Shown here: positions 42,899 to 51,990 of the stretch, in pieces
How positions within the stretch are numbered: position 1 is the stretch's first letter
How the letters are laid out: the number at the start of each line of letters is the position of its first letter
IMG/VR virus record: IMGVR_UViG_2526164633_000022
Location: 1 to 63,168 of that record
DNA length: 63,168 nt
Origin: a virus
Lineage: Duplodnaviria; Heunggongvirae; Uroviricota; Caudoviricetes
Strand: one strand, 5' to 3'
Program-made: the position numbers and the translations under genes
The notes under the pieces: generated by a model
The model's input: only the letters and a program-made list of their open reading frames with translations
What the model was told of the DNA's origin: nothing
Databases searched by the model: none

Positions 42899-43422
42899 CG
42901 GTCAATGGGGCCATCGACTGGCTTAACCGCGCTTCTTATTTTTTCACCCTTGATCCATCCCCAGACAATATGCGGCGCGTTGGTCGTGGCCGCCGTCGCC
43001 GTGGTGTTTGTTATTGCATGGCACTACCCGATGTTAAAGAACGTGAAGTCAGAGATGGCGTTCTGTGCTTCCGTCGTGTGGCTGAACGCGGCACAGAGCC
43101 AAAAAATACGAATTCTCCCGAGTGGTGGGCGTGGCGCTGGTCCGCACATTTCGGCCTTTGCGAAGATGAGAATGAAATTGCCAGCGGCAATAGTGCATAT
43201 GGTGCTCTGAACCTGGCTTTCCATATCGGATTCAAACATGTAGCCCTGGTGGGCGTTGACGCTACGCAAGAACCACGCGTTCACTCCGGCGGCACGCCAA
43301 AAAATCTAAGTCACCTGCCTTTGTTATTCCAGTCTGCGCGTGAACAGATTGACGTTGTTTCATGCGGGAAAATGGGAGGTATTCCGCAGATGACTCTTAA
43401 AGAATGGCTGAAGAATACATGA
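42796..43422 (+). CDS. GxGPS-motif protein, paralogue 2
   Basis: N-terminal VIIVGSGPS...IIAVNG; shared downstream NSG.A..LA and LVG.D motifs. Confidence 0.55.
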
Positions 43423-44096
43423 TGGCACCCACAATTTATCACCGTATCGACGGTACCAAATACAGGAATGTCTGGGTTGTTGGTGATCTGCATGGTTGCT
43501 ACACCAGACTGATGTCCGAACTCCATCGTGTGGATTTTGACCCGGCGCAGGATTTACTGATATCGGTCGGCGACCTTATCGATCGCGGTACTGAAAATGT
43601 CGAATGTCTGGAACTATTGCAGATGCCCTGGTTCAGGGCAGTGATGGGGAACCATGAGCGGTTGATGCTCGATGCGTTAAGTCCTGATGGCAACGTGAAT
43701 AACTGGCTAATGAATGGCGGACAATGGTTCTTCATGCTGGACACTGATCAGGAAATATTAGCTAGGGCGCTGGTGGAGCTGGTAAAGCGTCTGCCCTATA
43801 TCATTGAGTTGAACACCGGGCAAGAAACTATCGTTATAGCCCATGCCGACTATCCGGATAATGAATACCAATTCGGTAAGGAGGTGCCGCTTTTCAACGT
43901 TGTCTGGGCGCGCGAGCGTATCAGTGATTCGATGGATGATATTGGAGGCGAAATTTCGGGCGCAGATCGTTTTATCTTTGGTCACACTCCGGTGAAAAGC
44001 CCGAAGACATTCTGGAATCAGCATTATATCGACACTGGTGCCGTATTTTGCGGAAACCTGACATTGATGAAAGTGAAAGGTGATGGTGCAGCATGA
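43419..44096 (+). CDS. ppp: Ser/Thr protein phosphatase (lambda PPase-like)
   Basis: Start ATG overlapping upstream stop (ATGA); motifs GDLHG, GDLIDRG, GNHE. Confidence 0.8.
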   Translation: MMAPTIYHRIDGTKYRNVWVVGDLHGCYTRLMSELHRVDFDPAQDLLISVGDLIDRGTENVECLELLQMPWFRAVMGNHERLMLDALSPDGNVNNWLMNGGQWFFMLDTDQEILARALVELVKRLPYIIELNTGQETIVIAHADYPDNEYQFGKEVPLFNVVWARERISDSMDDIGGEISGADRFIFGHTPVKSPKTFWNQHYIDTGAVFCGNLTLMKVKGDGAA

Positions 44097-44794
44097 AGAT
44101 TGCTTTAGTTTTTCGCTCTGGTGGTGACTATAACGCTTCCGATGTGCAGTGGCTGGTTAATCAACTGCCAAAAGGCTATGAAATTATTTGCCTGACAGAC
44201 CTGAAGCGTTTACATGTACCTGGCGTCAAAGTTGTCCCATTGATCAACCAGTGGCAAAAGTGCCGTGGCTGGTGGGCGAAAATCGAGTTGTTCCGACCGG
44301 ATATAACCGATGATCTGTTCTATCTGGATTTGGACACGGTTATTGCCGGTGATATACGCCCAATCCTAGAGCATCCACCAACCAGCTTCACCATGCTTAG
44401 GGATTTTTACCATCCACAATATCGTGGCAGCGGTGCCCTGTGGATACCAAATAGTGTTAAAGCGCATATCTGGAGTTCATTCTGGCAAGATCCGGAAGGT
44501 TGGATTTCTCGTTGTGTCACTACTGAGTGCTGGGGTGACCAGGGGTTCTTACGAAAGGTTATGGGCGATGATACACCAGCATTTCAGGATCTGTATCCAG
44601 GATGGTTTGTAAGTTACAAGGCCGATGTTGTGGAACCTGGTTCAAAATATGCGAGCGCGCGTTACTCCAGGGGGAATGGGGCATTACCAAAAGACTGCCG
44701 AATAATCTTTTTCCACGGCAAACCGCGACCTCGCGAAGTGTCAGAGGATTGGCTTCCCCTTATCAGCTCATTTTTTGAGCGAGAATCAGAATAA
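44093..44794 (+). CDS. Hypothetical protein
   Basis: 233 aa; ATGA overlap with ppp stop. Confidence 0.5.
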   Translation: MKIALVFRSGGDYNASDVQWLVNQLPKGYEIICLTDLKRLHVPGVKVVPLINQWQKCRGWWAKIELFRPDITDDLFYLDLDTVIAGDIRPILEHPPTSFTMLRDFYHPQYRGSGALWIPNSVKAHIWSSFWQDPEGWISRCVTTECWGDQGFLRKVMGDDTPAFQDLYPGWFVSYKADVVEPGSKYASARYSRGNGALPKDCRIIFFHGKPRPREVSEDWLPLISSFFERESE

Positions 44795-44795
44795 T

Positions 44796-44861
44796 ATTGC
44801 TCTAATAATTCCATATTTTTAAAACGTGATGTACACTCATCACGTTTTTTATTAGAGCAAT
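44796..44861. promoter_or_regulatory. Inverted C1 operator pair flanking a palindromic hairpin
   Basis: ATTGCTCTAATAATTCC (44796-44812), hairpin ACGTGATG-TACACT-CATCACGT + T-run, reverse operator TTTTTTATTAGAGCAAT (44845-44861). Confidence 0.65.
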
Positions 44862-44875
44862 CTACAAGGTGCACT

Positions 44876-45094
44876 ATGTGGCCATTCCGACGGAAATATC
44901 ACTACTGGCTGATCGCCTTTGTTACGCCGACCGGCGGTATCAGGCATGTCATCACCAGGTATCGCAACAAGAGACTCACCTTAGCCAGAATTTTACAGGC
45001 TGCCATAGGTGAGGGACTGGATACAAATTGCGTAGTCCTTCCTCCTTCATACTTAGGAAAAATGACCGAAGCACAAGCTAATACGGAACTTTGA
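44876..45094 (+). CDS. Small ORF downstream of operator pair
   Basis: 72-aa ORF; no recognisable features. Confidence 0.3.
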   Translation: MWPFRRKYHYWLIAFVTPTGGIRHVITRYRNKRLTLARILQAAIGEGLDTNCVVLPPSYLGKMTEAQANTEL

Positions 45095-45095
45095 A

Positions 45096-46358
45096 ATGAT
45101 CACTTCAGCACAAAACCAATCAATCGAAAATGTATCTATCCCTGACGTCCTGAATGCCGGTATCCCGGCCATTATCCAGAACATCCGGGCCGCGCAACGC
45201 CGCGTTAGTTGTGATGACCTCACAGCACGTTTTTTTGATAATGCGGTTCAGTCAGCGGAGATGCTTCACGCACAGCTTATTGATGTTTATAACGCAGAAG
45301 CTGATAGCCATAACTCCCTGGTAGATGCAGCTGAAAATATGCAGTTGGATCTCGGTCTGAAGGGTAAAGAAATTGAAGAGCTTCAGCTGCAAATTGAACA
45401 TTTGAAACGCCAGCAACAGGACGCGATCGACGATGCGACGCATGACGCCAACCAGCGTGCTGATAATGCCGAACGTATAAGCATTGAGCTGGAAACAAAA
45501 CTCAATGAAATGACCGCGATGGTTGAACTGCGGAACTCACAGATTTCAACGCTAAAATCTCAATATAAAGAGATCATGAAACTTGATCCTTTTAACCTTG
45601 AGAAACGCTATAACAAAGCTAAAAGCGAGCGACAGGAACTGCGTAAGCAGGTCGCCGACCTTAACCAACAGCTCAAAAAAACTATTAAAGATGCAAGCGA
45701 AGCGCGCGTGGCATTTGCTAATAAAAAAGCAGAGGTTACCGCGCTGGTTAATGAGAATGCCAAATTTGCGACGCTCAAGAAGGAAATGTATGGCATTACT
45801 GAGCGCCGTTTCCCTGCAAGCAAACTTCATCCGACGTTAGGGCAAATCTCCTTCTTCCCGCGCCTCCTGGCTTATGGGATCTCATCGCCTAAAGAGTTCA
45901 ATAACGAGCGTCCTTATATCGTTTCTAAGCTGGACTTTGCTTATCAGTTCTGCTGCGACATGGGCTATGCCATTGATATCCGGATCAACGAATGGTTGAT
46001 GCCAAACTTCCAGCCGTTGGCCATTTTCCGCGAGTTCCAGCCGGAAGGTTGGGTAGAGTTCTTCCATGAATTGATCTGTAAAGAGATGGAAAGCCGCCGC
46101 CCGGAACTAGTCCGTCGAGTTGAGTGGGCGCAAGAGGTTATGTTGGCAGAGGCAGAGCTGCCGTTCGAACCGGAATTTATTGATGATCTGGCAGCTAAAG
46201 GGCTGCATACCCTGTTTGATGTGGTTACCCGCCGTCATGAGCAGTTGGTTGTCGAATTGGGTTTAGAGGAAACAGCGGCAAGAAGACTTCTCGATGTTTG
46301 CTATGCACGTAGCGATGCATGGGAAAAAGAGAACGGCGGCACTATTTACGTCCGCTGA
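45096..46358 (+). CDS. Coiled-coil protein
   Basis: 420 aa; N-terminal heptad-rich region (…EIEELQLQIEHLKRQQQDAIDD…), globular C-terminal half. Confidence 0.55.
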   Translation: MITSAQNQSIENVSIPDVLNAGIPAIIQNIRAAQRRVSCDDLTARFFDNAVQSAEMLHAQLIDVYNAEADSHNSLVDAAENMQLDLGLKGKEIEELQLQIEHLKRQQQDAIDDATHDANQRADNAERISIELETKLNEMTAMVELRNSQISTLKSQYKEIMKLDPFNLEKRYNKAKSERQELRKQVADLNQQLKKTIKDASEARVAFANKKAEVTALVNENAKFATLKKEMYGITERRFPASKLHPTLGQISFFPRLLAYGISSPKEFNNERPYIVSKLDFAYQFCCDMGYAIDIRINEWLMPNFQPLAIFREFQPEGWVEFFHELICKEMESRRPELVRRVEWAQEVMLAEAELPFEPEFIDDLAAKGLHTLFDVVTRRHEQLVVELGLEETAARRLLDVCYARSDAWEKENGGTIYVR

Positions 46359-46430
46359 TAGTTACAGTGTCACTTTTAATGCTGGTGGAGTGCGCCCACC
46401 AGCATTTTTTTCGTCCAATGAGGAGGGCAT

Positions 46431-46937
46431 TTGAGTATTTTCAATAAACACGCACGCCAGGAACGTCCGTATATCGTCATAGTCGATATTGATGGAACAA
46501 TATCAGAGGCAACTGAAGACAGACTGCATTTGCTTCCGCCACCAGGTAAAGGTGCATTAACAAAGGACTGGAACGAGTTTAATCTCGCCTGTGACACCGA
46601 TACTCCCATCACTCCGGTTATTGATATGGTGCGCCAGTTATTTAACGTTTACACGGTCTGGTTTGTAACCGGGCGCTGTGAGATCGCAAGGGATAAAACA
46701 CGAGCCTGGCTGCGGAAGTACGTAACAAACGGGGCTGAGCCTTTGCTATCTATGCGTCCTGCCACCGATGACAGAAATGACGGTCCAGCAAAGATTGATC
46801 TCCTGAAGAAAATTGGTCTAAGTAAAATTGCGTTCGCGCTGGAAGATAAGATTGAAGTGGCGCGTGTGTTCAGGAGTCACGGCGTACTTACATTCATGGT
46901 CAGGGAGTATGAAAATGCGCTTCTTCATCAACAATAA
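46431..46937 (+). CDS. HAD-superfamily phosphatase-like protein
   Basis: 168 aa; motif IVIVDIDGTIS. Confidence 0.55.
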   Translation: MSIFNKHARQERPYIVIVDIDGTISEATEDRLHLLPPPGKGALTKDWNEFNLACDTDTPITPVIDMVRQLFNVYTVWFVTGRCEIARDKTRAWLRKYVTNGAEPLLSMRPATDDRNDGPAKIDLLKKIGLSKIAFALEDKIEVARVFRSHGVLTFMVREYENALLHQQ

Positions 46938-46953
46938 TTGCTCTAATAAATCT
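46937..46953 (+). promoter_or_regulatory. C1 operator overlapping stop of HAD-like gene
   Basis: ATTGCTCTAATAAATCT. Confidence 0.65.
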
Positions 46954-47131
46954 TGATTTTTAAGGCAGGGGAAGTGAAAATAAAAACATGCCGCAAGGCG
47001 CGGCATGTATCCAATCAATCACAGGAGCTGAAAATATGAACACGGCATTCAAAATCATTATGGCCGCGATCTATTTCTGGCTGTTCTCTATCACTTTTGG
47101 CGGCATCGTCGCACATGGGTAAGGGGGATGC

Positions 47132-47860
47132 ATGAAAGGCGAAGTGAAAGAGCGCGGCATGATTTTCAACGATGAGATGGTCCGGGCCATCCTCGAAGGA
47201 AGGAAAACGCAGACGCGGCGGATAATGAAAAATCAGCCTGCGGAAGTCGGTCCAGAAGCACCAGTGATGGTTAGAAAAATTGGTGCAGGTTTTCAGTGGT
47301 ACGGGGCTGATGGTGTAAGCAGTGTTTTCAATTGCCCATTTGGTATCGTCGGCGATCGAATTTGGGTTCGTGAAACATGGGCGATATTAGGCAATGAGGA
47401 TGGTTGCAGTGTGGACTGGAACGACAACCTTTGTCGTGGCGATGAGAAGAACGCAGCAAGGATTTATCGGGCCAGTTGCGAGCAAAAACCTGGTGATTAC
47501 GGCTTATGGTCGATACCCGATGATGCCGACTGGAAACCTCACACTGTGAATGAAAAGTTTGATGGTGGGTGGCGTCCATCAATTCACATGCCGCGATGGG
47601 CATCACGCATTCTGTTGGAAATTACCAACGTGCGCGTTGAACGGTTGAACGATATCAGCGAATGCGATGCAAGGGCTGAGGGCGTTCCGCCTGCTGGAAG
47701 TTTGCTTCCTGATCACCCGGGAACATTCCTTACTCCCAAGGGGGATTTCGCAATGGCCAAGGTTGCGTTCCAGCGCCTGTGGGAATCCATCTATGGTGAA
47801 GAAAGCTGGAACGCTAATCCCTGGGTGTGGGTAATCGAGTTTAAGCGCATTCAGGAATAA
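47132..47860 (+). CDS. Conserved phage hypothetical protein
   Basis: 242 aa; N-terminal MIFNDEMVRAILEGRKTQTRR...GDRIWVRETW. Confidence 0.55.
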   Translation: MKGEVKERGMIFNDEMVRAILEGRKTQTRRIMKNQPAEVGPEAPVMVRKIGAGFQWYGADGVSSVFNCPFGIVGDRIWVRETWAILGNEDGCSVDWNDNLCRGDEKNAARIYRASCEQKPGDYGLWSIPDDADWKPHTVNEKFDGGWRPSIHMPRWASRILLEITNVRVERLNDISECDARAEGVPPAGSLLPDHPGTFLTPKGDFAMAKVAFQRLWESIYGEESWNANPWVWVIEFKRIQE

Positions 47861-47943
47861 ACCGTGAGTATGCATCAAATCGTCAGTTTTTCAGGTGGAC
47901 GAACATCGGCCTGTCTCGTTCATCTGTTCGAAGAGGTAGTGGC

Positions 47944-48147
47944 ATGACAATCGTAAAAACCCATACCGGCACCGTGATCACCAAAGACGGGCCGCAGGTA
48001 AAAAAACTGCACCAAACAGAGCGGATGTGGGTCGTCGGCAAAAATGAGTTTTACCACAAAGATACCGGACGCCGCCACTTTGCAGAAAATACGCGCCGTC
48101 GACTGCTGTTAGACACCATCAAGCCTATCGAGGTGAAGCATGTTTAA
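47944..48147 (+). CDS. Small hypothetical protein
   Basis: 67-aa ORF. Confidence 0.35.
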   Translation: MTIVKTHTGTVITKDGPQVKKLHQTERMWVVGKNEFYHKDTGRRHFAENTRRRLLLDTIKPIEVKHV

Positions 48148-48379
48148 ACAGAACGAAAAAGCTATCGCTCAAATTGCTGATTATATCCCGCGTGCGTGCC
48201 GGGGTATGCAGTTGCAGCAAGCCAAAGCGCGCCTGGAGAAAAAAATTGCGCTCTATATTGATGACGGCTGTGATGCTGCCGTTCTTAACGCGGCGTTCGC
48301 ACCAGCTCTTAACAGTCATACTCGGGAGTCTTTTTTTTCGTGCATCGAAGCGCAACTCCGCAAAGGAGGCAGCCAGTGA
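48140..48379 (+). CDS. Small hypothetical protein
   Basis: 79 aa; ends ...RKGGSQ, overlaps next GTG start. Confidence 0.35.
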   Translation: MFKQNEKAIAQIADYIPRACRGMQLQQAKARLEKKIALYIDDGCDAAVLNAAFAPALNSHTRESFFSCIEAQLRKGGSQ

Positions 48380-49077
48380 GCGAAATTAATTACCGGGCAC
48401 TGCGTGAGATAGCAAAACAGGCAACACAGGGCGAATGGGTCGCATTTATTTCGCCGGGTACTGGTACGTATGCGGTGCATACGCCCGGTGATAAACGATG
48501 TGAAGACGTTATCAAATGGACCGGCTTTGATGGACTGAAAAACGCAGAGAACAACGCTCGTTATATTGCCGCATTCAACCCAAAGGTTGCACTGGAGCTA
48601 CTTGGTGAAATTAAGCGCCTGGAGGACACAAATATTGATGCTATGTGCCGAATAGCACCGCTTGAGACTAAGCTCGCGGCTCTGGTGGCAGAGAACGCTG
48701 GGCTGAAACACGCAATGGCTGTAACTCTTGATCATGTGTCGGTCACGGATGCAGGGCAGGCCGGAGTTGCTGCAATGATTATCAACGATGCCCTACACCA
48801 CAGCGAAACTCCAGCTACCGATGCTTTTCTGGCTGAAATTCGTGCGGAAGCACGCAACGAGGGGATTAACTATACCGCCAGCCGTCTTGCTGCTGCGTTC
48901 AATCACGGATTTATCAATAAGTCTTTGCGTGAAGTTTTCGACGTTACGCGCATGATTCTGTCAGCGAAAGAAGAGTTGGCTAATGAACCGTACCCGATTG
49001 ATGGCCTGTCCGGTGAATATGCGGAGAAATCCCTTGAAGAATGGGCGGAACAGATTCGCAAAGGAGGCAACCAGTGA
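48376..49077 (+). CDS. Ea22/Ead-like protein, copy 1
   Basis: GTG start after AAAGGAGG; N-terminus VSEINYRALREIAKQATQGEW. Confidence 0.6.
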   Translation: MSEINYRALREIAKQATQGEWVAFISPGTGTYAVHTPGDKRCEDVIKWTGFDGLKNAENNARYIAAFNPKVALELLGEIKRLEDTNIDAMCRIAPLETKLAALVAENAGLKHAMAVTLDHVSVTDAGQAGVAAMIINDALHHSETPATDAFLAEIRAEARNEGINYTASRLAAAFNHGFINKSLREVFDVTRMILSAKEELANEPYPIDGLSGEYAEKSLEEWAEQIRKGGNQ

Positions 49078-49835
49078 GCAAGATTGACTATCAGGCACTG
49101 CGTGAGGCGGCAGAGAAGGCTACGAAAGGTAAGTGGGCTGTTGAATTCGACGATGAGATTTACTCCACTGACGGCATAAACCATGAGCAAATAGCTATGG
49201 TGTTCAGTGAAAACGAATCTCGTGATGCTGAATTCATCGCCGCAGCCAATCCGGCTACCGTCTTGGCGCTTCTGGATGAACGGGAAAGAAACCAGCAATA
49301 CATAAAACGCCGCGATCAGGAGAACGAGGATATTGCGCTAACGGTAGGGAAGCTGAGAGTTGAGCTTGAGGAAGTAAAACAACACGCTGAAGAATTATCC
49401 GAAACCAAGGCTGTTCGTAACCAATGGCGGCCAGATATTTGCCCAATAACCGGACGTGCATTTTTCATGTGGATTGAGCATCCAACATTGGGAAATGTGC
49501 CGACATATGGTGGCCCATTAGATAGTTACACCATTCCAACAAAGGACGGTGACGGTGAGTTTTCATGTGAGCGTTACGATCATGATTTTGGCGGTTGGGT
49601 AGAAAGCGAATGTCTTGGGTTATATCTGATTGATGATAGAGAACAATGCAGGGTCTACGAACTGGAGGAACGCGTTAAGGAACTGGATGCTCGGGAAATA
49701 TCGCTCCCGGAACGTAGCAGCATGCTTCATCGAACAGATTTTCACGATGATTACCAAACGGTAATGGCATACAAAGTTTCTGAAGTCATCGCTGCAATCC
49801 GCGCCGCAGGCATTCGCATCAAAGGAGGTGAGTAA
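49074..49835 (+). CDS. Ea22/Ead-like protein, copy 2
   Basis: GTG start after AAAGGAGG; N-terminus VSKIDYQALREAAEKATKGKW; divergent C-terminal domain. Confidence 0.6.
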   Translation: MSKIDYQALREAAEKATKGKWAVEFDDEIYSTDGINHEQIAMVFSENESRDAEFIAAANPATVLALLDERERNQQYIKRRDQENEDIALTVGKLRVELEEVKQHAEELSETKAVRNQWRPDICPITGRAFFMWIEHPTLGNVPTYGGPLDSYTIPTKDGDGEFSCERYDHDFGGWVESECLGLYLIDDREQCRVYELEERVKELDAREISLPERSSMLHRTDFHDDYQTVMAYKVSEVIAAIRAAGIRIKGGE

Positions 49836-50011
49836 TGCGTGTGGCATGTATCGGCTTGTTACCGTACCCGACTCGTTTTTGGGCTTCTGCGCTAATTGCA
49901 AAGCCGTATGTCCTGATGGCTGACAACATCATCCCGGCACCAAAGCGCCGCCATACCGGTATTGCAGCGGCACGACGAGCAGCAAAGAGACGCAGGAGAG
50001 CAAAGCGATGA
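49835..50011 (+). CDS. Small Arg-rich protein (58 aa)
   Basis: Own translation MRVACIGLLPYPTRFW...AARRAAKRRRRAKR; TAATG overlap upstream, ATGA downstream; below track cutoff. Confidence 0.35.
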   Translation: MRVACIGLLPYPTRFWASALIAKPYVLMADNIIPAPKRRHTGIAAARRAAKRRRRAKR

Positions 50012-50184
50012 AAAACCGTAAGGCAAAACGACTTTTTTTACAGCGACCTGTGCGTGTGGTGGAGCTGGTTATTAGCAACCATAAGATAGCGGTACTCCAT
50101 CCATTTGGTCAGGTGGCTTTTGCCGCAAAGCGTAAGCCTACTGCGTCACAGAACAGGCGGAAGAAAGGGTACGCTGTAAGATGA
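50008..50184 (+). CDS. Small basic protein (58 aa), paralogue of next ORF
   Basis: Own translation MKNRKAKRLFLQRPVRVVEL...; N-terminus shared with 50181 ORF; ATGA overlaps at both ends. Confidence 0.35.
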   Translation: MKNRKAKRLFLQRPVRVVELVISNHKIAVLHPFGQVAFAAKRKPTASQNRRKKGYAVR

Positions 50185-50369
50185 AAAATCGTAAAGCAAA
50201 GATTCTGTTAGTTCGTAGAAACGCTCCTGGCGTCTGGCAGTGGGTGAGACTCAGCAACCGACGGATGGGGTTGATGAAATATTACGGGATGATGGATTGT
50301 GGTTTTTGCAAAAAGCCCAGCGCGGCGCAAAACCGCTGGAAAAACCACTTGCGCACTAAAGGAGAGTGA
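50181..50369 (+). CDS. Small basic Cys-containing protein (62 aa)
   Basis: MKNRKAKILLVRR...; followed by AAAGGAGAGTGATATG junction. Confidence 0.4.
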   Translation: MKNRKAKILLVRRNAPGVWQWVRLSNRRMGLMKYYGMMDCGFCKKPSAAQNRWKNHLRTKGE

Positions 50370-50370
50370 T

Positions 50371-50886
50371 ATGGCGTTAACACACCGCGAACTCTGTCAG
50401 ATTGCGTATAAGTTCCTTAAGCGCAACGGGTTCAAGGTTTGTTTTCATGACCGCTTTATAGCTGTAACCAGTACCGGAGAACAGCCAGATGCTATGGGAT
50501 TCAGAAATTCAGCATCATGCCTGATAGAGGCGAAGTGTTCTCGTGCTGACTTGTTGGCAGATAGAAAAAAGCGTTTTCGTAAAAATCCATCTCTTGGAAT
50601 GGGCGACTGGCGATTCTTTATTAGTGAGCCGGGAATTATTTCAGTTGAGGATTTACCACCTGGCTGGGGATTACTTCACGTTGTTAACGGAAGAGTACGG
50701 AAAGTACATGGGTGGCCCAAGGGTAATTGCTGTTGGGGTAATCCTGACGATAAGCCATTTACTGGAAATAAGCAGGTTGAATGCGATTACATGTTATCTG
50801 CATTAAGGCGCATGGAGTTGAGAGGGCACCTTAATGAAATATATGACGGTGTAATTGTTAATAAGAAAGAAGGAAACGCGGCATGA
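50371..50886 (+). CDS. Putative PD-(D/E)xK-type nuclease-fold protein
   Basis: Start at MALTHREL after GGAGAG RBS; PDAMGF...CLIEAKCSRADL resembles D-(D/E)xK core; weak. Confidence 0.45.
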   Translation: MALTHRELCQIAYKFLKRNGFKVCFHDRFIAVTSTGEQPDAMGFRNSASCLIEAKCSRADLLADRKKRFRKNPSLGMGDWRFFISEPGIISVEDLPPGWGLLHVVNGRVRKVHGWPKGNCCWGNPDDKPFTGNKQVECDYMLSALRRMELRGHLNEIYDGVIVNKKEGNAA

Positions 50887-51278
50887 TCACTATTACCAAT
50901 AAGAAACAGTATCCCAGCGAGCAATATCTTAATGAGCTGATCACCAACATAGAGTTTGCTGCAAGGGCACCAGTTGAAGTCGTGAGAGCAATGGCAGCAG
51001 AGCTACAGAAGCGGCGCGAAGCTGATAGCGCAGAACCAGTTGCTTATATTTTCAAACATCCGGCCGGGAAATTATTCTGGGCTTTAACGGATGAAAGTAA
51101 TAAAGAGCAAGCGGACGTTATTCCTGTTTATGCCGCCCCTCCAGTGCCAGTAGTACCTGAAGAAAAACCAATGCCTAACCCTCTTAAAATGTACGCGGTC
51201 GATGCTGTTGCCGCTATTGCAGAGGTGAGAGGCTGGAATGCCTGCCGCGCCGCCATGCTTCAGGGTAAAGGAGAGTGA
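50883..51278 (+). CDS. Hypothetical protein sharing motif with DUF551-like gene
   Basis: 131 aa; PPVPVVPEE and WNACRAAMLQ also present in 51991..52887. Confidence 0.5.
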   Translation: MITITNKKQYPSEQYLNELITNIEFAARAPVEVVRAMAAELQKRREADSAEPVAYIFKHPAGKLFWALTDESNKEQADVIPVYAAPPVPVVPEEKPMPNPLKMYAVDAVAAIAEVRGWNACRAAMLQGKGE

Positions 51279-51279
51279 T

Positions 51280-51495
51280 ATGGCTATTGCCGCAAGTTAC
51301 ACCATGCATCTCTATTGTGACTGCCGCCAGTGTACGGAAGGTGTATATCCAGTGCCAGACTTCGGTGAGTATATCGGTACGTCATGGGCTGGCTGTGCAA
51401 AAGAGGCACGTAAAGATGGGTGGCGAATAAGCGTCGACAAAACGCGTGCTTTTGCGCCAGGGCATAAAATTTTGAGAAGCAACAAAGGAGAGTGA
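51280..51495 (+). CDS. Small Cys-rich protein
   Basis: MAIAASYTMHLYCDCRQC...; preceded by AAAGGAGAGTGATATG. Confidence 0.45.
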   Translation: MAIAASYTMHLYCDCRQCTEGVYPVPDFGEYIGTSWAGCAKEARKDGWRISVDKTRAFAPGHKILRSNKGE

Positions 51496-51496
51496 T

Positions 51497-51715
51497 GTGC
51501 CTACATTATTCAGAAAAGAATATCCGCGAAAAAGTAGAGCGACAGAACTTTTGTTTCTCATTCTGTTTATCGTGTTGATGATACCGATATCCCCGCTAAT
51601 TTTTGTCTGGGCAATCGGGAAAATAATTGAACCAGTTATTGAATTGTATAACGACGTGGTATGGGCGTCGTTCAACACACTGCACAATAAAATTAATCCG
51701 TATAAGGAAAACTGA
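51497..51715 (+). CDS. Small membrane protein
   Basis: GTG start after AAAGGAGAGTGAT; hydrophobic LLFLILFIVLMIPISPLIFVWAIG. Confidence 0.4.
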   Translation: MPTLFRKEYPRKSRATELLFLILFIVLMIPISPLIFVWAIGKIIEPVIELYNDVVWASFNTLHNKINPYKEN

Positions 51716-51716
51716 T

Positions 51717-51980
51717 ATGGCAACTTTGACAAAAAAAGAACGGGCATGGTTGAACGAATTACAGGAAGTTCTTGATCGCTGTCCATCACCGAAAAAAATT
51801 GGCTTTTACACCATTGGCGATAAAAGCATTTACCTGTATGACCTACGCCGCATGGATGAAATCATGGAGGCTCTTGATAATCGTTCGTCGATGGATTGGT
51901 GTGTTGCTGTTCATGATATGAATGCAGGGTTTGATGAAAAGATTTTGTTCCCCTCATCAGTTGAAAGCACTGCGGGTTAA
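51717..51980 (+). CDS. Small hypothetical protein
   Basis: Start at MATLTKKERAW (track ORF 51627..51980). Confidence 0.45.
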   Translation: MATLTKKERAWLNELQEVLDRCPSPKKIGFYTIGDKSIYLYDLRRMDEIMEALDNRSSMDWCVAVHDMNAGFDEKILFPSSVESTAG

Positions 51981-51990
51981 GGAGTAACAC

